A model generated the notes under the pieces. That model was given only the letters and a program-made list of their open reading frames with translations, was not told where the DNA came from and searched no databases. Made by a program: the position numbers and the translations under genes. A stretch of DNA of 61,539 nucleotides from a virus (Duplodnaviria > Caudoviricetes): the IMG/VR virus record IMGVR_UViG_3300036851_000313, positions 1-61,539 of that record, one strand, 5' to 3'. Shown here piece after piece: positions 1 through 9,426 of this stretch (its first letter is position 1; each line of letters begins with the position of its first letter).

Positions 1-127
1 CCGCGCCCTCGTCCAGCCCGAGAGGGCCGACGAGCCTGCTGCGCCCGTTGATCTGAGTAAGCCGCCGCCTGGTCCACCACAACCACCGTGGCCGCCCGAA
101 TGGAGGCCGAACGCATGAGGGACCGGG
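1..127. repeat. Terminal direct repeat (circularisation overlap), copy 1
   Basis: Bases 1-127 are identical to 61413-61539. Confidence 0.97.
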
Positions 128-165
128 CCGACGAGACACCCCGAGCCCGCAGGAGGTGAGCGGCC

Positions 166-408
166 GTGAGCGACATCAAACCCGGCGACCGGGTACGCAT
201 CCGAGACGCATACGGCCACTGGCGTGACGCCACGGCGCTCAGCGGCGAAGAAGACACCCACGACATCGACCCGAAGACCGGGAACCCGCGCAAGATCCAC
301 GACTTCCCCGTCGTCTGGGTACGCACCCGGCCCGGCGGCGACCCCGTGCCCTGGCCCGCCGAAGACGTGCAGCCCGCCGAACCCGCAGGAGGCGAGCCCG
401 ATGGCTGA
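166..408 (+). CDS. Hypothetical phage protein (SH3-like small domain)
   Basis: GTG start after AGGAGG; 80 aa; overlaps the next small ORF. Confidence 0.7.
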   Translation: MSDIKPGDRVRIRDAYGHWRDATALSGEEDTHDIDPKTGNPRKIHDFPVVWVRTRPGGDPVPWPAEDVQPAEPAGGEPDG

Positions 409-588
409 CCCGCAGTGCCCGAACGGGCACGGACGCATGCTGCTCCGCGACCCACCCGGCGGGCACACACGAGAGCAACGCTGGTGCGGCATCTGGTACG
501 ACTGCCCGCCCGGCCCGCCCGGCCATAGCTGCGAATCATCGGTACTGATCCCGTCTGCGGAACTACTACTCGCCCACGAGGATCAGCG

Positions 589-891
589 GTGACCACGCCC
601 GACGACCAGGCGGCCAGTGCGGTCGTGGATGCGCTCAACGCGTGCGAGACCTACCTGAACTGCGCACAGGACGGCACACCCTGCCAACTGTGCACCGAAG
701 ACGCCGCCCACGTAATCCTCACCGCCCTCCGCAAGCTCGGATGGGCGCCCGCCCACGACACAGCCGAACGGATAGCCCGGGCCATCGAAACCGCGGCCGG
801 ACCCGGCGCCGGGTTGGACAGCTTCGGCACCGGCATGCTCCGCGCCGCCCGCATCGCCCGCGAACACGGCCAGCCCCGGGGCCGCCCGTGA
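589..891 (+). CDS. Hypothetical phage protein
   Basis: GTGA-coupled start; 100 aa with a CxxC motif. Confidence 0.6.
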   Translation: MTTPDDQAASAVVDALNACETYLNCAQDGTPCQLCTEDAAHVILTALRKLGWAPAHDTAERIARAIETAAGPGAGLDSFGTGMLRAARIAREHGQPRGRP

Positions 892-1042
892 ACCGCGGAC
901 AGCACTGGCAGGCCGCCACCGACTGACCTACCCGGAGGAGAACAGACGTGGGATCATGGAGGGGCAACGGCGAGACCGCCCGGAGTTGGCACCTCCAGGC
1001 GGCCTCTGAGCCACTCCTCCACACGGCGAAGGAGGGCCTGAC

Positions 1043-1606
1043 GTGAGTTTGACACGTCCGCCCCATCACGGCGATTCCACCCCCGCAACCGGCGGCGGCG
1101 TCAGCGCCGTCCCGGTCACCTACCGCGACGTCCGGTTCCGATCCACCCTCGAAGCCGACTGGGCCGCCACCCTCGACACCCTCGGCATCACCACCTGGTC
1201 CTACGAACCCGAGGCCGTCCGGCTCCCCAGCGGCGAGCACTACCGCCCCGACTTCTGGCTACCCAAGCGCAACACCTGGCTCGAGGTGAAAGGCCCCCAC
1301 AACCTCGGCCTGCAGAAGACGATCGAGCTGTACCACCAGCTACGGATCGACCCGTGGGACCACCGCGACCCGTTCGTCGTCATCCTCCGCGCCCCCGAAC
1401 GCGGCAACGCCACCTACGAGGGCATCACCGACACCGCGGAGATCGTCTTCCGCCACTGCCACGGCTGCGGGCACTTCTCGTTCATCGACCTCGACACCGC
1501 CTGGGTGTGCCGGGTCTGCGGCCAGTGGGCCAAAGCCCACGTCTCACCCGACGCCACCGACCACGAAAGCGGCACCCTGCCGTTCACCCGAGCGGGGCGC
1601 CTATGA
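1043..1606 (+). CDS. PD-(D/E)XK-family nuclease-like protein
   Basis: Motifs FRSTLEADWA, YEPE, YRPDFWLP and WLEVKG; C-terminal CxxC pairs. Confidence 0.75.
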   Translation: MSLTRPPHHGDSTPATGGGVSAVPVTYRDVRFRSTLEADWAATLDTLGITTWSYEPEAVRLPSGEHYRPDFWLPKRNTWLEVKGPHNLGLQKTIELYHQLRIDPWDHRDPFVVILRAPERGNATYEGITDTAEIVFRHCHGCGHFSFIDLDTAWVCRVCGQWAKAHVSPDATDHESGTLPFTRAGRL

Positions 1607-4362
1607 CCACAACGGCGCAGCCCGCCTACGACCTCCTCCACACCGCCCTCGCCTGGCACGCGATAGGCGTCTGCATCGTCCCGGCCGCTGGTGACACCCC
1701 CGGTGCCAGCGACTCGAAACAGCCATGGCCGGACAGCCCCGTGTGGACGCCGTACAAAGCCGCCCGCCCCACCGAGGACCAACTCCACCGATGGTTCGGC
1801 GGCGACCGGTACAGCGGCCTCGGCGCCGTCTGCGGGCAGGTGTCCGGCAACCTTGAACTGCTCGAGTTCGAAGGGCGCGCCATCCAGGAAGGACTGCACA
1901 AGGAGATCGCCGACATCGCCGACGCCTCCGGGCTCGGCGACCTGTGGAAACGCATCACCCGCGGCTACTGCGAACGCAGCCCATCCGGCGGCATCCACCT
2001 GCTGTACCGGGTCGACGGCGAACCCGTGCCCGGCAACGCCCGCCTCGCGGTCCGCCCAGCCACCGACGACGAGCTCACCGACCAGGAACGCGCCGTCCTC
2101 GCCGCCAAACCCGGCAAGATGTTCACCCGCGTCCTCGTCGAGACCCGCGGCGAAGGCGGCTACGTCGTCGTCGCCCCATCCAACGGCGCCACCCACCCCA
2201 GCGGCCGGCCCTGGACACTCCTCGTCGGCGGACCCGGCACCCTGCCCACCATCACCGCCGACGAACACCGCGCCCTGCACGCCCTCTGCGCCATGGTCGA
2301 CCGGCGGCCGACAACACCCGCCCCGGCCGAGCCAGCCCGCAGAGACACCAGCGAGCCCGCCGGCGAACGTCCCGGCGACGACTTCAACGCCCGGGCGTCC
2401 TGGGACGACATCCTCACCCCGCACGGCTGGACCGTCGTCCACGGACACGGCCACTACCGGGTCTGGCGGCGTCCCGGCAAAGACAAGGGCGTCTCCGCCA
2501 CCACCGGGCGGAACGACGGCGACAACCTGTGGGTGTTCTCCACCTCCACCGAATTCGAAGCCGAGAAGCACTACAGCAAGTTCGCCGCCTACACGCTGCT
2601 CGAACACGGCGGCGACTACCGGGCCGCCGCGAAAGCGCTCCAAGGTGACGGCTACGGCGGACAACGGCGACCACAACCCCGGCCGGCATCCCACACCACC
2701 CCGCCATCCACACAGGATCCACAGGCTGAGGACGAAGACGCCGACCCGCCGCCGGCGCACCTCGCCCCGATCCCCACCTACCCCACCGACGCCATCCCCG
2801 GGCCGCTCAGCCACCTCATCCGGTCCGGAACCAGGGCGGGACTCCCGGCCGCCTACATCGCCGCCGGCGGGCTCGCCGCGCTCACCTACGCCGCGCTCGA
2901 CTGCCGCATCACCATCAATGACCGCTGGACCGAACCGGCGACCCTGTGGATCGCCGCGATAGGCGGCGCCGGCACCGCGAAGTCACCGGCCGTCAGATAC
3001 GGATGGCACCCCATCGACGCCCTTGAGACCCAACTCCGCGGATCATGGCAAGAGCAGCTCGAGTCCTGGGCCAGCCTGCCGAAGAAGGAACGCGGCCCCC
3101 AACCGGTCAACCCCGCCCGTCTCGTCTCCGACATCACCACCGAGGCACTGCTGCGCCGTCTCGCCGAAGGCCCCAAGACCGTCGTCGTCGACGAGCTCCG
3201 CGCATGGCTCGGCGGCATCGGCCGCTACGGCCTAGGCGGGGCCAGGCAGAAAGACCTCGGCACCTGGCTCGCCCTCTGGCAAGGCGACACCGCGTCATAC
3301 GACCGCGTCGGCGGCGACGTCTCGATCGTGGTCCCCCGCCCCGTCGTGCCCATCATCGGCACCCTGCAGATCGAGGACCAGCAACTACTGGGTGACGTCC
3401 GCTCCGGGTTCCGTTCCCGCTGGCTACCGCACCTCGGACCCGTCACCCTCGCCGGCGATGGCGACGACAACCACGGCGCATGCGCAGACTACGAGGCGGC
3501 ACTGACCCGGCTCGTCTACAGCAAACCGCGCGGCGAGCTGCGTCTCGCAGAAGGCGACGCCCGCCAAGCGTGGCGGGACGCGCGGGCACGGTGGCGAAGC
3601 GAGGCGCACGGCGCGTCCCCCGGCGTGCGCGCCGCGCTCGCCAAAGCCGACAAGCAGGCGCTGCGGATCGCGCTCGTCATCGCCATCAGCCTCGACGCGG
3701 CAGGTGACATCGTCCCCCTCGACGCCATAAACGCGGCCGTCGCGATAGTCGACTACGCCATGGGCTGCTGGCGTGCCATGCCCGAAGACGAGGCGCTCAC
3801 CCTCGACCGGACGGAGGAGAAGCTCATGCCCGCAGTCGAAGACCTCGCGGCCTGGCTTGAGCGGCGTGAGGACCGGCGGGCCAGCAGGCGGGAGATCCTC
3901 CTCGCCAAGCCGGCCGGGTTGCGGACGGCGCATCAGCTGACCGTGCTGATGAACAAGTACGAGGCCGTCTACCCGGGGTCGATACAAGAGGAGCGCACCG
4001 GCGCGCGAGGCCCTGCGGCGATCGTCGTGTACGCCCCCCGACGATCACCCGAAACTGTTGATGTCAATAGTTTGGGTGCCACTCATATCTCTCTCGCGCA
4101 TCAGCGACTGTCGAAAAACAGCAGGTCAGAGACTTACTCCCCAGAGAGAGATCATGAAAAAGAAACTGCTCCCGCGTCAGCAGTTCCAACAGTTCAGCAG
4201 TTAATCGACGGGCAGGAAACACCGCAGGTCACCCCACCACCAGACCCCGCAGACCACCCCCGCCAACAGTTGCAAACAGTTACCGCCGGCGCCTGCGAAT
4301 CCTGCGGCTGGCCCACCGACTCCACCGCCCACGCTGAGAACTGCGAGGTCGACTGGCCATGA
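1603..4362 (+). CDS. Bifunctional primase/polymerase (prim-pol) fused to a DUF3987/YfjI-like P-loop domain
   Basis: ATGA overlap with the upstream gene. N-terminal prim-pol motifs (SPSGGIHLLYR, ETRGEGGYVVVAPS); P-loop GGAGTAKS; Walker B-like VVVDEL. Confidence 0.82.
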   Translation: MTTTAQPAYDLLHTALAWHAIGVCIVPAAGDTPGASDSKQPWPDSPVWTPYKAARPTEDQLHRWFGGDRYSGLGAVCGQVSGNLELLEFEGRAIQEGLHKEIADIADASGLGDLWKRITRGYCERSPSGGIHLLYRVDGEPVPGNARLAVRPATDDELTDQERAVLAAKPGKMFTRVLVETRGEGGYVVVAPSNGATHPSGRPWTLLVGGPGTLPTITADEHRALHALCAMVDRRPTTPAPAEPARRDTSEPAGERPGDDFNARASWDDILTPHGWTVVHGHGHYRVWRRPGKDKGVSATTGRNDGDNLWVFSTSTEFEAEKHYSKFAAYTLLEHGGDYRAAAKALQGDGYGGQRRPQPRPASHTTPPSTQDPQAEDEDADPPPAHLAPIPTYPTDAIPGPLSHLIRSGTRAGLPAAYIAAGGLAALTYAALDCRITINDRWTEPATLWIAAIGGAGTAKSPAVRYGWHPIDALETQLRGSWQEQLESWASLPKKERGPQPVNPARLVSDITTEALLRRLAEGPKTVVVDELRAWLGGIGRYGLGGARQKDLGTWLALWQGDTASYDRVGGDVSIVVPRPVVPIIGTLQIEDQQLLGDVRSGFRSRWLPHLGPVTLAGDGDDNHGACADYEAALTRLVYSKPRGELRLAEGDARQAWRDARARWRSEAHGASPGVRAALAKADKQALRIALVIAISLDAAGDIVPLDAINAAVAIVDYAMGCWRAMPEDEALTLDRTEEKLMPAVEDLAAWLERREDRRASRREILLAKPAGLRTAHQLTVLMNKYEAVYPGSIQEERTGARGPAAIVVYAPRRSPETVDVNSLGATHISLAHQRLSKNSRSETYSPERDHEKETAPASAVPTVQQLIDGQETPQVTPPPDPADHPRQQLQTVTAGACESCGWPTDSTAHAENCEVDWP
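4051..4282. promoter_or_regulatory. Putative replication origin (AT-rich, AACAGTT/AACTGTT-type repeats)
   Basis: Locally AT-rich, with repeated aactgttg / ccaacagtt / aaacagtt motifs at the 3' end of the primase gene. Confidence 0.5.
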
Positions 4363-4970
4363 CCAACGACGCGAACGGTGCTGGCCGTGACCTGTGCGAC
4401 GCCGACGGCAACACCGGCCCCTGCCGCTTGCCGGCCGGCTGGGGCACCGACCACGTCGGCATCGGCCGTTGCAAGCTGCACGGCGGCTCGACCCGCACCC
4501 ATGTGGCCGCGGCGCGCCGCCGGGCGGCCGAGGTGTCCATCGCGGACTACCTCGCGGAGCGCAACCTGCCGGCCGACCAGCCGCCCGGCCTGGTGCTGGC
4601 CGAGCAGCTCGCGCGCTGGGTGGGGCAGGTGACGTATCTGCACGCGATCGTCGCGCACCTGCCGCCCGACGGGCTGAAGCAGGCCGACATGTCGGGGCGG
4701 TTCGAGAAGCCGGCGGTGTGGGTGGAGCTGCTGTGGCGGGCCGAGTCGGAGTTGCGGGCGACGGCGAAGGTGATGGACGACGCCCGGCTGGGGGACCGGA
4801 TGGTGGCGGTCGCGGAGCGGCAGGGCGACCGGCTGGCGGAGGCGCAGCGCTGGATCCTGGCCGAGTTGGGGCTGGATCCGGACGAGGAGGCGGTGCGGGC
4901 GGTGGTGGCGGCTGGTATCCGCCGGTTGTTCGGCGGTCAGGGTGAACTCGAGGCGGGAGGCGCAGCATGA
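4359..4970 (+). CDS. HGGxSTG-motif protein, putative terminase small subunit
   Basis: GWGTDHVGIGRCKLHGGST motif followed by a helical C-terminus. Confidence 0.6.
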   Translation: MTNDANGAGRDLCDADGNTGPCRLPAGWGTDHVGIGRCKLHGGSTRTHVAAARRRAAEVSIADYLAERNLPADQPPGLVLAEQLARWVGQVTYLHAIVAHLPPDGLKQADMSGRFEKPAVWVELLWRAESELRATAKVMDDARLGDRMVAVAERQGDRLAEAQRWILAELGLDPDEEAVRAVVAAGIRRLFGGQGELEAGGAA

Positions 4971-5626
4971 ACGGCGGGTCGTGGGTGGAGGGCGAGCACG
5001 AGATGCCGGACGGGTTCGTGCCGCCGTCAGCGTCGCTGTCACCGCTGGTGCATATCCCGGATCCTGACGGGGGTTCCCTCTGCGGGGAGCGTCACGCCTG
5101 GCTGGTGTTGTCCACTCGGCAGGCCGACCTCACCTGCCCGCGCTGCTTGGCGGGTCCGCCGATCCGGGTCATGTCGTCGCCGCCGACTGAGCCGGCGCAG
5201 CCGCCGTCGCTGGACCCGGACGCGGCGGACGAGCGGATCGTCGGCACCGAGTCGGGTGTGTGGATCGGCCCGGATCGGACGCTGAAGCTGCGGCCGGGCG
5301 ACCAGCCGCTGCCGGTCCGCAACGACCGGCGGGACATCCAGTCACAGGTGATCGCCGACATCGAGGCCCGGCGGGAGGTGGGGATCGCCCGGTACGGGAC
5401 CGCGTTGCAACCGCACAACGGGCGGGACGCGCTGCGGGACCTGTACGAGGAGCTGCTGGACGCCGTGATGTACGTGCGGCAGGTCATGGCCGAGCGGTCC
5501 GAGCCGATCCCGAGTGTCGAGCTGGCCGAGGCCCGCCGGGAGGCGCAGCGCCAGGCCGATCTCGCGGCCGAGCTGCAGCGGCAGGTGCGGGCACTGGAGC
5601 GGCAGCTTGAGCGGAGGTCGCCGTGA
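4967..5626 (+). CDS. Hypothetical protein with a MazG-like all-alpha NTP pyrophosphohydrolase domain
   Basis: ARREVGIARYGTALQPHNGRDALRDLYEELLDAVMY motif. Confidence 0.5.
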   Translation: MNGGSWVEGEHEMPDGFVPPSASLSPLVHIPDPDGGSLCGERHAWLVLSTRQADLTCPRCLAGPPIRVMSSPPTEPAQPPSLDPDAADERIVGTESGVWIGPDRTLKLRPGDQPLPVRNDRRDIQSQVIADIEARREVGIARYGTALQPHNGRDALRDLYEELLDAVMYVRQVMAERSEPIPSVELAEARREAQRQADLAAELQRQVRALERQLERRSP

Positions 5627-7421
5627 TCGGCTGGACGTACCTGGAGCGGGGCCGCCCGGTGACGGTGCTGGTGCGGTGGGGGCCGGGCGGGGGGCCGCGG
5701 AACGTGCTGGTCCGCCGCGCCGACGGCGAGTTGGTGGTGCGGCCGTTCCGTGGTTTGCGCAGGGTGCCGCCGTCCGCGCCCGCTGGGCTGGCCAGGAGTG
5801 CCGAAACTGCCCGGTCTGGTGTCAGGGGCGCGGGAGGGGGGTCGGGGGCCGCAGAGGGGCGCACAGCGGCTCACGATGACGGGGAGGTCGAGTCGTGACC
5901 GACCGTTGCGAGTTCACCGACCTGCCGGTCGACCAGTGCGCGCACTGCCTCGGTCTCGCCGCCGAACCGGAGCGGCTGGCCGAGGACCGCGCCGCGTACC
6001 TCGCGTCCGACCGGTGGACCCCGGCCCGGTTCCCCGGCCGGTGCGCCGCGTGCGGGGAGTGGACGATCGAGGAGGGCGACCCGATCCGGCTCGAAGAGGG
6101 GCTCGGCTGGTACGGGGCGTTGTGCTGCGACGACCCGGACGAGACGGGGTGACGGGCGTGATCTGCGCCAGGTGCGGCTACCACCGGGACGAGTGCGTGT
6201 GCCCGGACCCGGACTTCTACGACCCGGAGTGCCCGGGATGCGGCGCCGATGACGGCACGTGCTGGTGCTTCGACGAGTTCGAGGACGACGACTGGCGGCC
6301 AGCGCCGCGGTCGACGGTGACGTTGGACGTGCGCGGAGGTGTGCTGTGAGCGTTCACCGGTTCCTCGTCACGACGGCCCGCGCTGAGGCGCGCTTCGACA
6401 TGTGGGAGGCCACGGCCGGCTACGCGAACTGGCTGGAAGGCCGGGTCGCGGGCAAGGGCGGCACCCGGGAGACGTGGCTGGTGACCGTGTTCGACGTGCA
6501 CGCCCTGAACTTCCTCACCGCCGCACGACGGCTCGACACGGTCACGGTCGAGGAGATTCACGGCGCAGGGGACGACGAGCGATACGTGCTGCGCGTCGGC
6601 GAGCCGGGAACCGGGTGGGTCAAACCGTGACCGCCGTGACGTTCGTCGCCCCTGCGCGTGAGCCGTGGTCGGGGGCGCACCTGCTCGACACCGGCCGCGA
6701 CTGCGCGCTGCCCGGTGCCGGTGAGGGGCATCTGTCGGGGTGGACGGTGTGCGGGCGGGAACTCAGCCCGGGCGAGCTGTGGCGGGTCGTCGAGCCGGGG
6801 GACGCGCAGCCGGTGTGCGGCGGGTGCCGGGGCGTCGAGACGCAGGAGGGCATGTGGTGACCGTGGTCTGGCGGCCGCTGCCGCATCGCGACCGTGAGCC
6901 AGCGACGAGACGGAGGCGAGACCAGCCATGAACGACTGCCGCTGCGCCTGCCGGTCGGCCGTCGAAGGGGAGATCGCCCAACTCGATGCCCAAGCCGCGC
7001 ACATCAAGCTGAGCCCTACCCGTCAACCGGCGGCGCTCCGCGAAGCCCAGGTGCTTGAGGGACTAGCTCGGCGCTTCCGCCGTGCATTGGCCGACGCGGA
7101 CCTTATTGAGGCGGCCACAAGGGAAGGATCTGCTGCGTCCGGGGAGGCCGTGTCGTGACCGCCCGCCTGTTGCCCTTCCCGCTGCAACTCCAGCTGTGGG
7201 GGCACGCCGAGTGGGGGGTGTTCCGGCCGCTGGACCAGTGCTGGGAGGACGGGGCGACCTGGTCGTACGGCGGACACCGGCTGTGGGACGCAACGGCCGA
7301 CGACGTGCAGGCCGAGCTCGTGGTGCGCGACCCGGACGGCGCGGTGCCGGTGCAGTTGTGGCGGGCGCTGCCGTACGTGGCCCTGCCGCACGGGCACGCG
7401 CACCCCGGGGGCAGGCTGTGA
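5623..7421 (+). CDS. Run of small, translationally coupled hypothetical genes (e.g. 5623-5898, 5895-6152, 6928-7158, 7155-7421), several Cys-rich
   Basis: Consecutive GTGA stop/start overlaps typical of actinophage small-gene arrays. Confidence 0.6.
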
Positions 7422-8080
7422 GCGACTGCCCAGGAGTTTGCAACGCCGCGTTCCGGCGGGCGGAGAAGGCCCGCGCCGAGCACGGTGCCGAGCACGACCT
7501 GAAACCGCAGCCGGGCGCGCCGGTGTGGTGCCGTCGCTGCGCCACCATCGTCCGGGTGTGTCTGCACGAGCTGGACGACCTGGCGGCGATCCTCGAGGCC
7601 GAGGCCGCCGGGAAACGCGGGCAGGCCGGCGACAGGGTGTCCGGGTCCGCCGGGTCGCCCAGCCCGGCGCCGAAGGTCGACGACGCCGAGGAGATCGTCG
7701 CCACCCTGGAGGGCTGGGAGTCGGCGTGGCGCGACCGCCACGGCTGGCCTCAGAAGCCGCTCAGAGGCCGTAGCGGCACGAGGAGCATCGGGTGCGTGTC
7801 GTGGCTCGCCCGGCACCTGGACGGCATCCTGGCCGACCCTGACATGGCCCCCGACTTCGGGACGGAGGTGCTCAGGTTGCACCGGATGGCGCAGCGGGCG
7901 TCGTCCACGTCTCCGGACATGGTGCGGAAGCCGCTGCCGTGCCCACGCTGCGACCGACGTTCGCTGATCGCGAAGGGCGGCGCGAAGCACATCGAGTGCG
8001 AGGCGGAGGGCTGCGGCCGGTTGCTCACCTTGGACGAGTACGACGAGATGGTGGCCGCGACGGCGAGGGCGGTGTCGTGA
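7418..8080 (+). CDS. Hypothetical protein with Zn-ribbon motifs (possible transcriptional regulator)
   Basis: GTGA start; CxxC motifs at both ends (CPRCDRR...IECEAEGC). Confidence 0.55.
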   Translation: MSDCPGVCNAAFRRAEKARAEHGAEHDLKPQPGAPVWCRRCATIVRVCLHELDDLAAILEAEAAGKRGQAGDRVSGSAGSPSPAPKVDDAEEIVATLEGWESAWRDRHGWPQKPLRGRSGTRSIGCVSWLARHLDGILADPDMAPDFGTEVLRLHRMAQRASSTSPDMVRKPLPCPRCDRRSLIAKGGAKHIECEAEGCGRLLTLDEYDEMVAATARAVS

Positions 8081-8367
8081 ACGCGCCGCCGTACCGCGAT
8101 GGGCGAATCCACGTCATGGCGGACCGTTGCTCGACATGCGTGTTTCGACCGGGGAACCTCATGCATCTTCGGCCGGGCCGTCTCAAGGATCTCGTAGAGA
8201 CCAACCGTGCTCGCGACGTTGCGTTCGCCTGTCACCAGACGCTGTACGGGGGCGACATCGGCCAGGCGATCTGCCGCGGGTACTTCGATGCCTACGGGGA
8301 TGAGATCACTCCGCTTCGACTCGCCCGCGCATGGGACATGATCGTGTTTGATGCGGAGGTCGAGTGA
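8077..8367 (+). CDS. Hypothetical Cys-rich protein
   Basis: CSTCVFRPG...FACHQT...ICRG; GTGA coupling. Confidence 0.6.
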   Translation: MNAPPYRDGRIHVMADRCSTCVFRPGNLMHLRPGRLKDLVETNRARDVAFACHQTLYGGDIGQAICRGYFDAYGDEITPLRLARAWDMIVFDAEVE

Positions 8368-8627
8368 CCAACGCCCGCTTCTCCGACGTGCCGGATGTGG
8401 CCCGGTCGTGGCTGACCGTGGCCGAGGCGGCGGCATACACCGGCCGATCCGCCCGCACCGTGCAGGAGTGGATCCACGACGGGCGGCTGCGGACCATCGA
8501 CCTGGCCGGGCTGCGGCTGGTGCCCAAGAGCGACGCGCTGGACGTGGAGCGGGAGACGCGGCGGGCGATGCGGCGCGGCCGACCTGGTGCGAGACACGCC
8601 GGGAGCCGGGCGGAGGTCGCCTCTTGA
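8364..8627 (+). CDS. Helix-turn-helix DNA-binding protein (excisionase/HTH_17-like)
   Basis: WLTVAEAAAYTGRSARTVQEWIHDGRL motif. Confidence 0.8.
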   Translation: MTNARFSDVPDVARSWLTVAEAAAYTGRSARTVQEWIHDGRLRTIDLAGLRLVPKSDALDVERETRRAMRRGRPGARHAGSRAEVAS

Positions 8628-8675
8628 CGACCTTCCGCGTATCTTGGCCTCAGCATGGGTGATCTTCGCCCACGC

Positions 8676-8754
8676 GGCGGGGTGGAGGAGTTCGGTCGTC
8701 CTCATCGGGCCCATAACCCGAAGATCGCCAGTTCAAATCTGGTCCCCGCGACCA
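8676..8754 (+). tRNA. tRNA-Met(CAT), initiator (fMet) type
   Basis: Cloverleaf: acceptor GGCGGGG/CCCCGCG, D stem GAGG/CCTC, anticodon stem TCGGG/CCCGA with CAT, T arm GCCAG-TTCAAAT-CTGGT, encoded CCA. Initiator marks are a 1:72 mismatch, A11:U24 and three G:C anticodon-stem pairs. Confidence 0.93.
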
Positions 8755-8806
8755 GCCCCGGCCACCTCGACCCGGCCGGGGCTTCCGCACGCTTAGGAGG
8801 CCGTCG

Positions 8807-8917
8807 ATGTCCGAGCAGCCCGCCGAACCTGTCCAGCCCGAGCCCGACCCCGAGACGCAGCCTGAGCCCGCCGCCGATCCGGCGCCGGCCGAGGACGAGT
8901 CCGGGGCCGACGAGTAG
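8807..8917 (+). CDS. Small acidic Pro/Glu-rich peptide
   Basis: AGGAGG SD then ATG; MSEQPAEPVQPEPDPETQPEPAADPAPAEDESGADE*. Confidence 0.5.
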   Translation: MSEQPAEPVQPEPDPETQPEPAADPAPAEDESGADE

Positions 8918-8998
8918 CACGCTAGCTGTCTGGGGTCGGGGTTGTTCCCTACGCTGCCGGCCCCGGCCCCGGGCCCTTGACCGGGAGGCGGTGACCCG

Positions 8999-9364
8999 GT
9001 GTGGGAATACCGGGCCGCGCTCCTCGACGTGCTCGACGGGGACACGATCCGCGCGCTGGTCGACCTCGGCGGGCACGTCCGCGCCCAGTGGGACCTGCGC
9101 CTAGCTGACGTGACCGCCCCGGAGCTGCGGCAACCCGGCGGGGTGGAGTCGCTGGAGTACACGCGGGCGTGGATGGCCGAGCTCGCCTCGGTGCGCTGGC
9201 CGTTGCTGGTGCGGACGAGGGTGAACCGGAACCCGGAGCCGGAGGAGCTGCGGTCGTTCATCCGGTACGTCGCGGACGTGTACGACCTGCATTCGGCGCG
9301 GCACCTGAACGGGGAGCTGCGCGCGTTCCTGGTGCTGCACCCGGAGTGGGGGCCGGGGTCGTGA
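8999..9364 (+). CDS. Thermonuclease (SNase)-like nuclease
   Basis: VLDGDTIRALVDLG...LRLADVTAPE motif; GGGAGG SD. Confidence 0.7.
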   Translation: MWEYRAALLDVLDGDTIRALVDLGGHVRAQWDLRLADVTAPELRQPGGVESLEYTRAWMAELASVRWPLLVRTRVNRNPEPEELRSFIRYVADVYDLHSARHLNGELRAFLVLHPEWGPGS

Positions 9365-9426
9365 GGTCGCGCCGGCTGCTGCTGTTGGCGCACCGCCGCC
9401 ACGCCCGCGCGCTGTGAGGTGGACCG

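Noticed and set aside
1-127. Biological terminal repeat or packaging end
   Set aside because: It is exactly 127 bp and cuts mid-gene, which matches a k=127 assembler overlap. It indicates circularity only.
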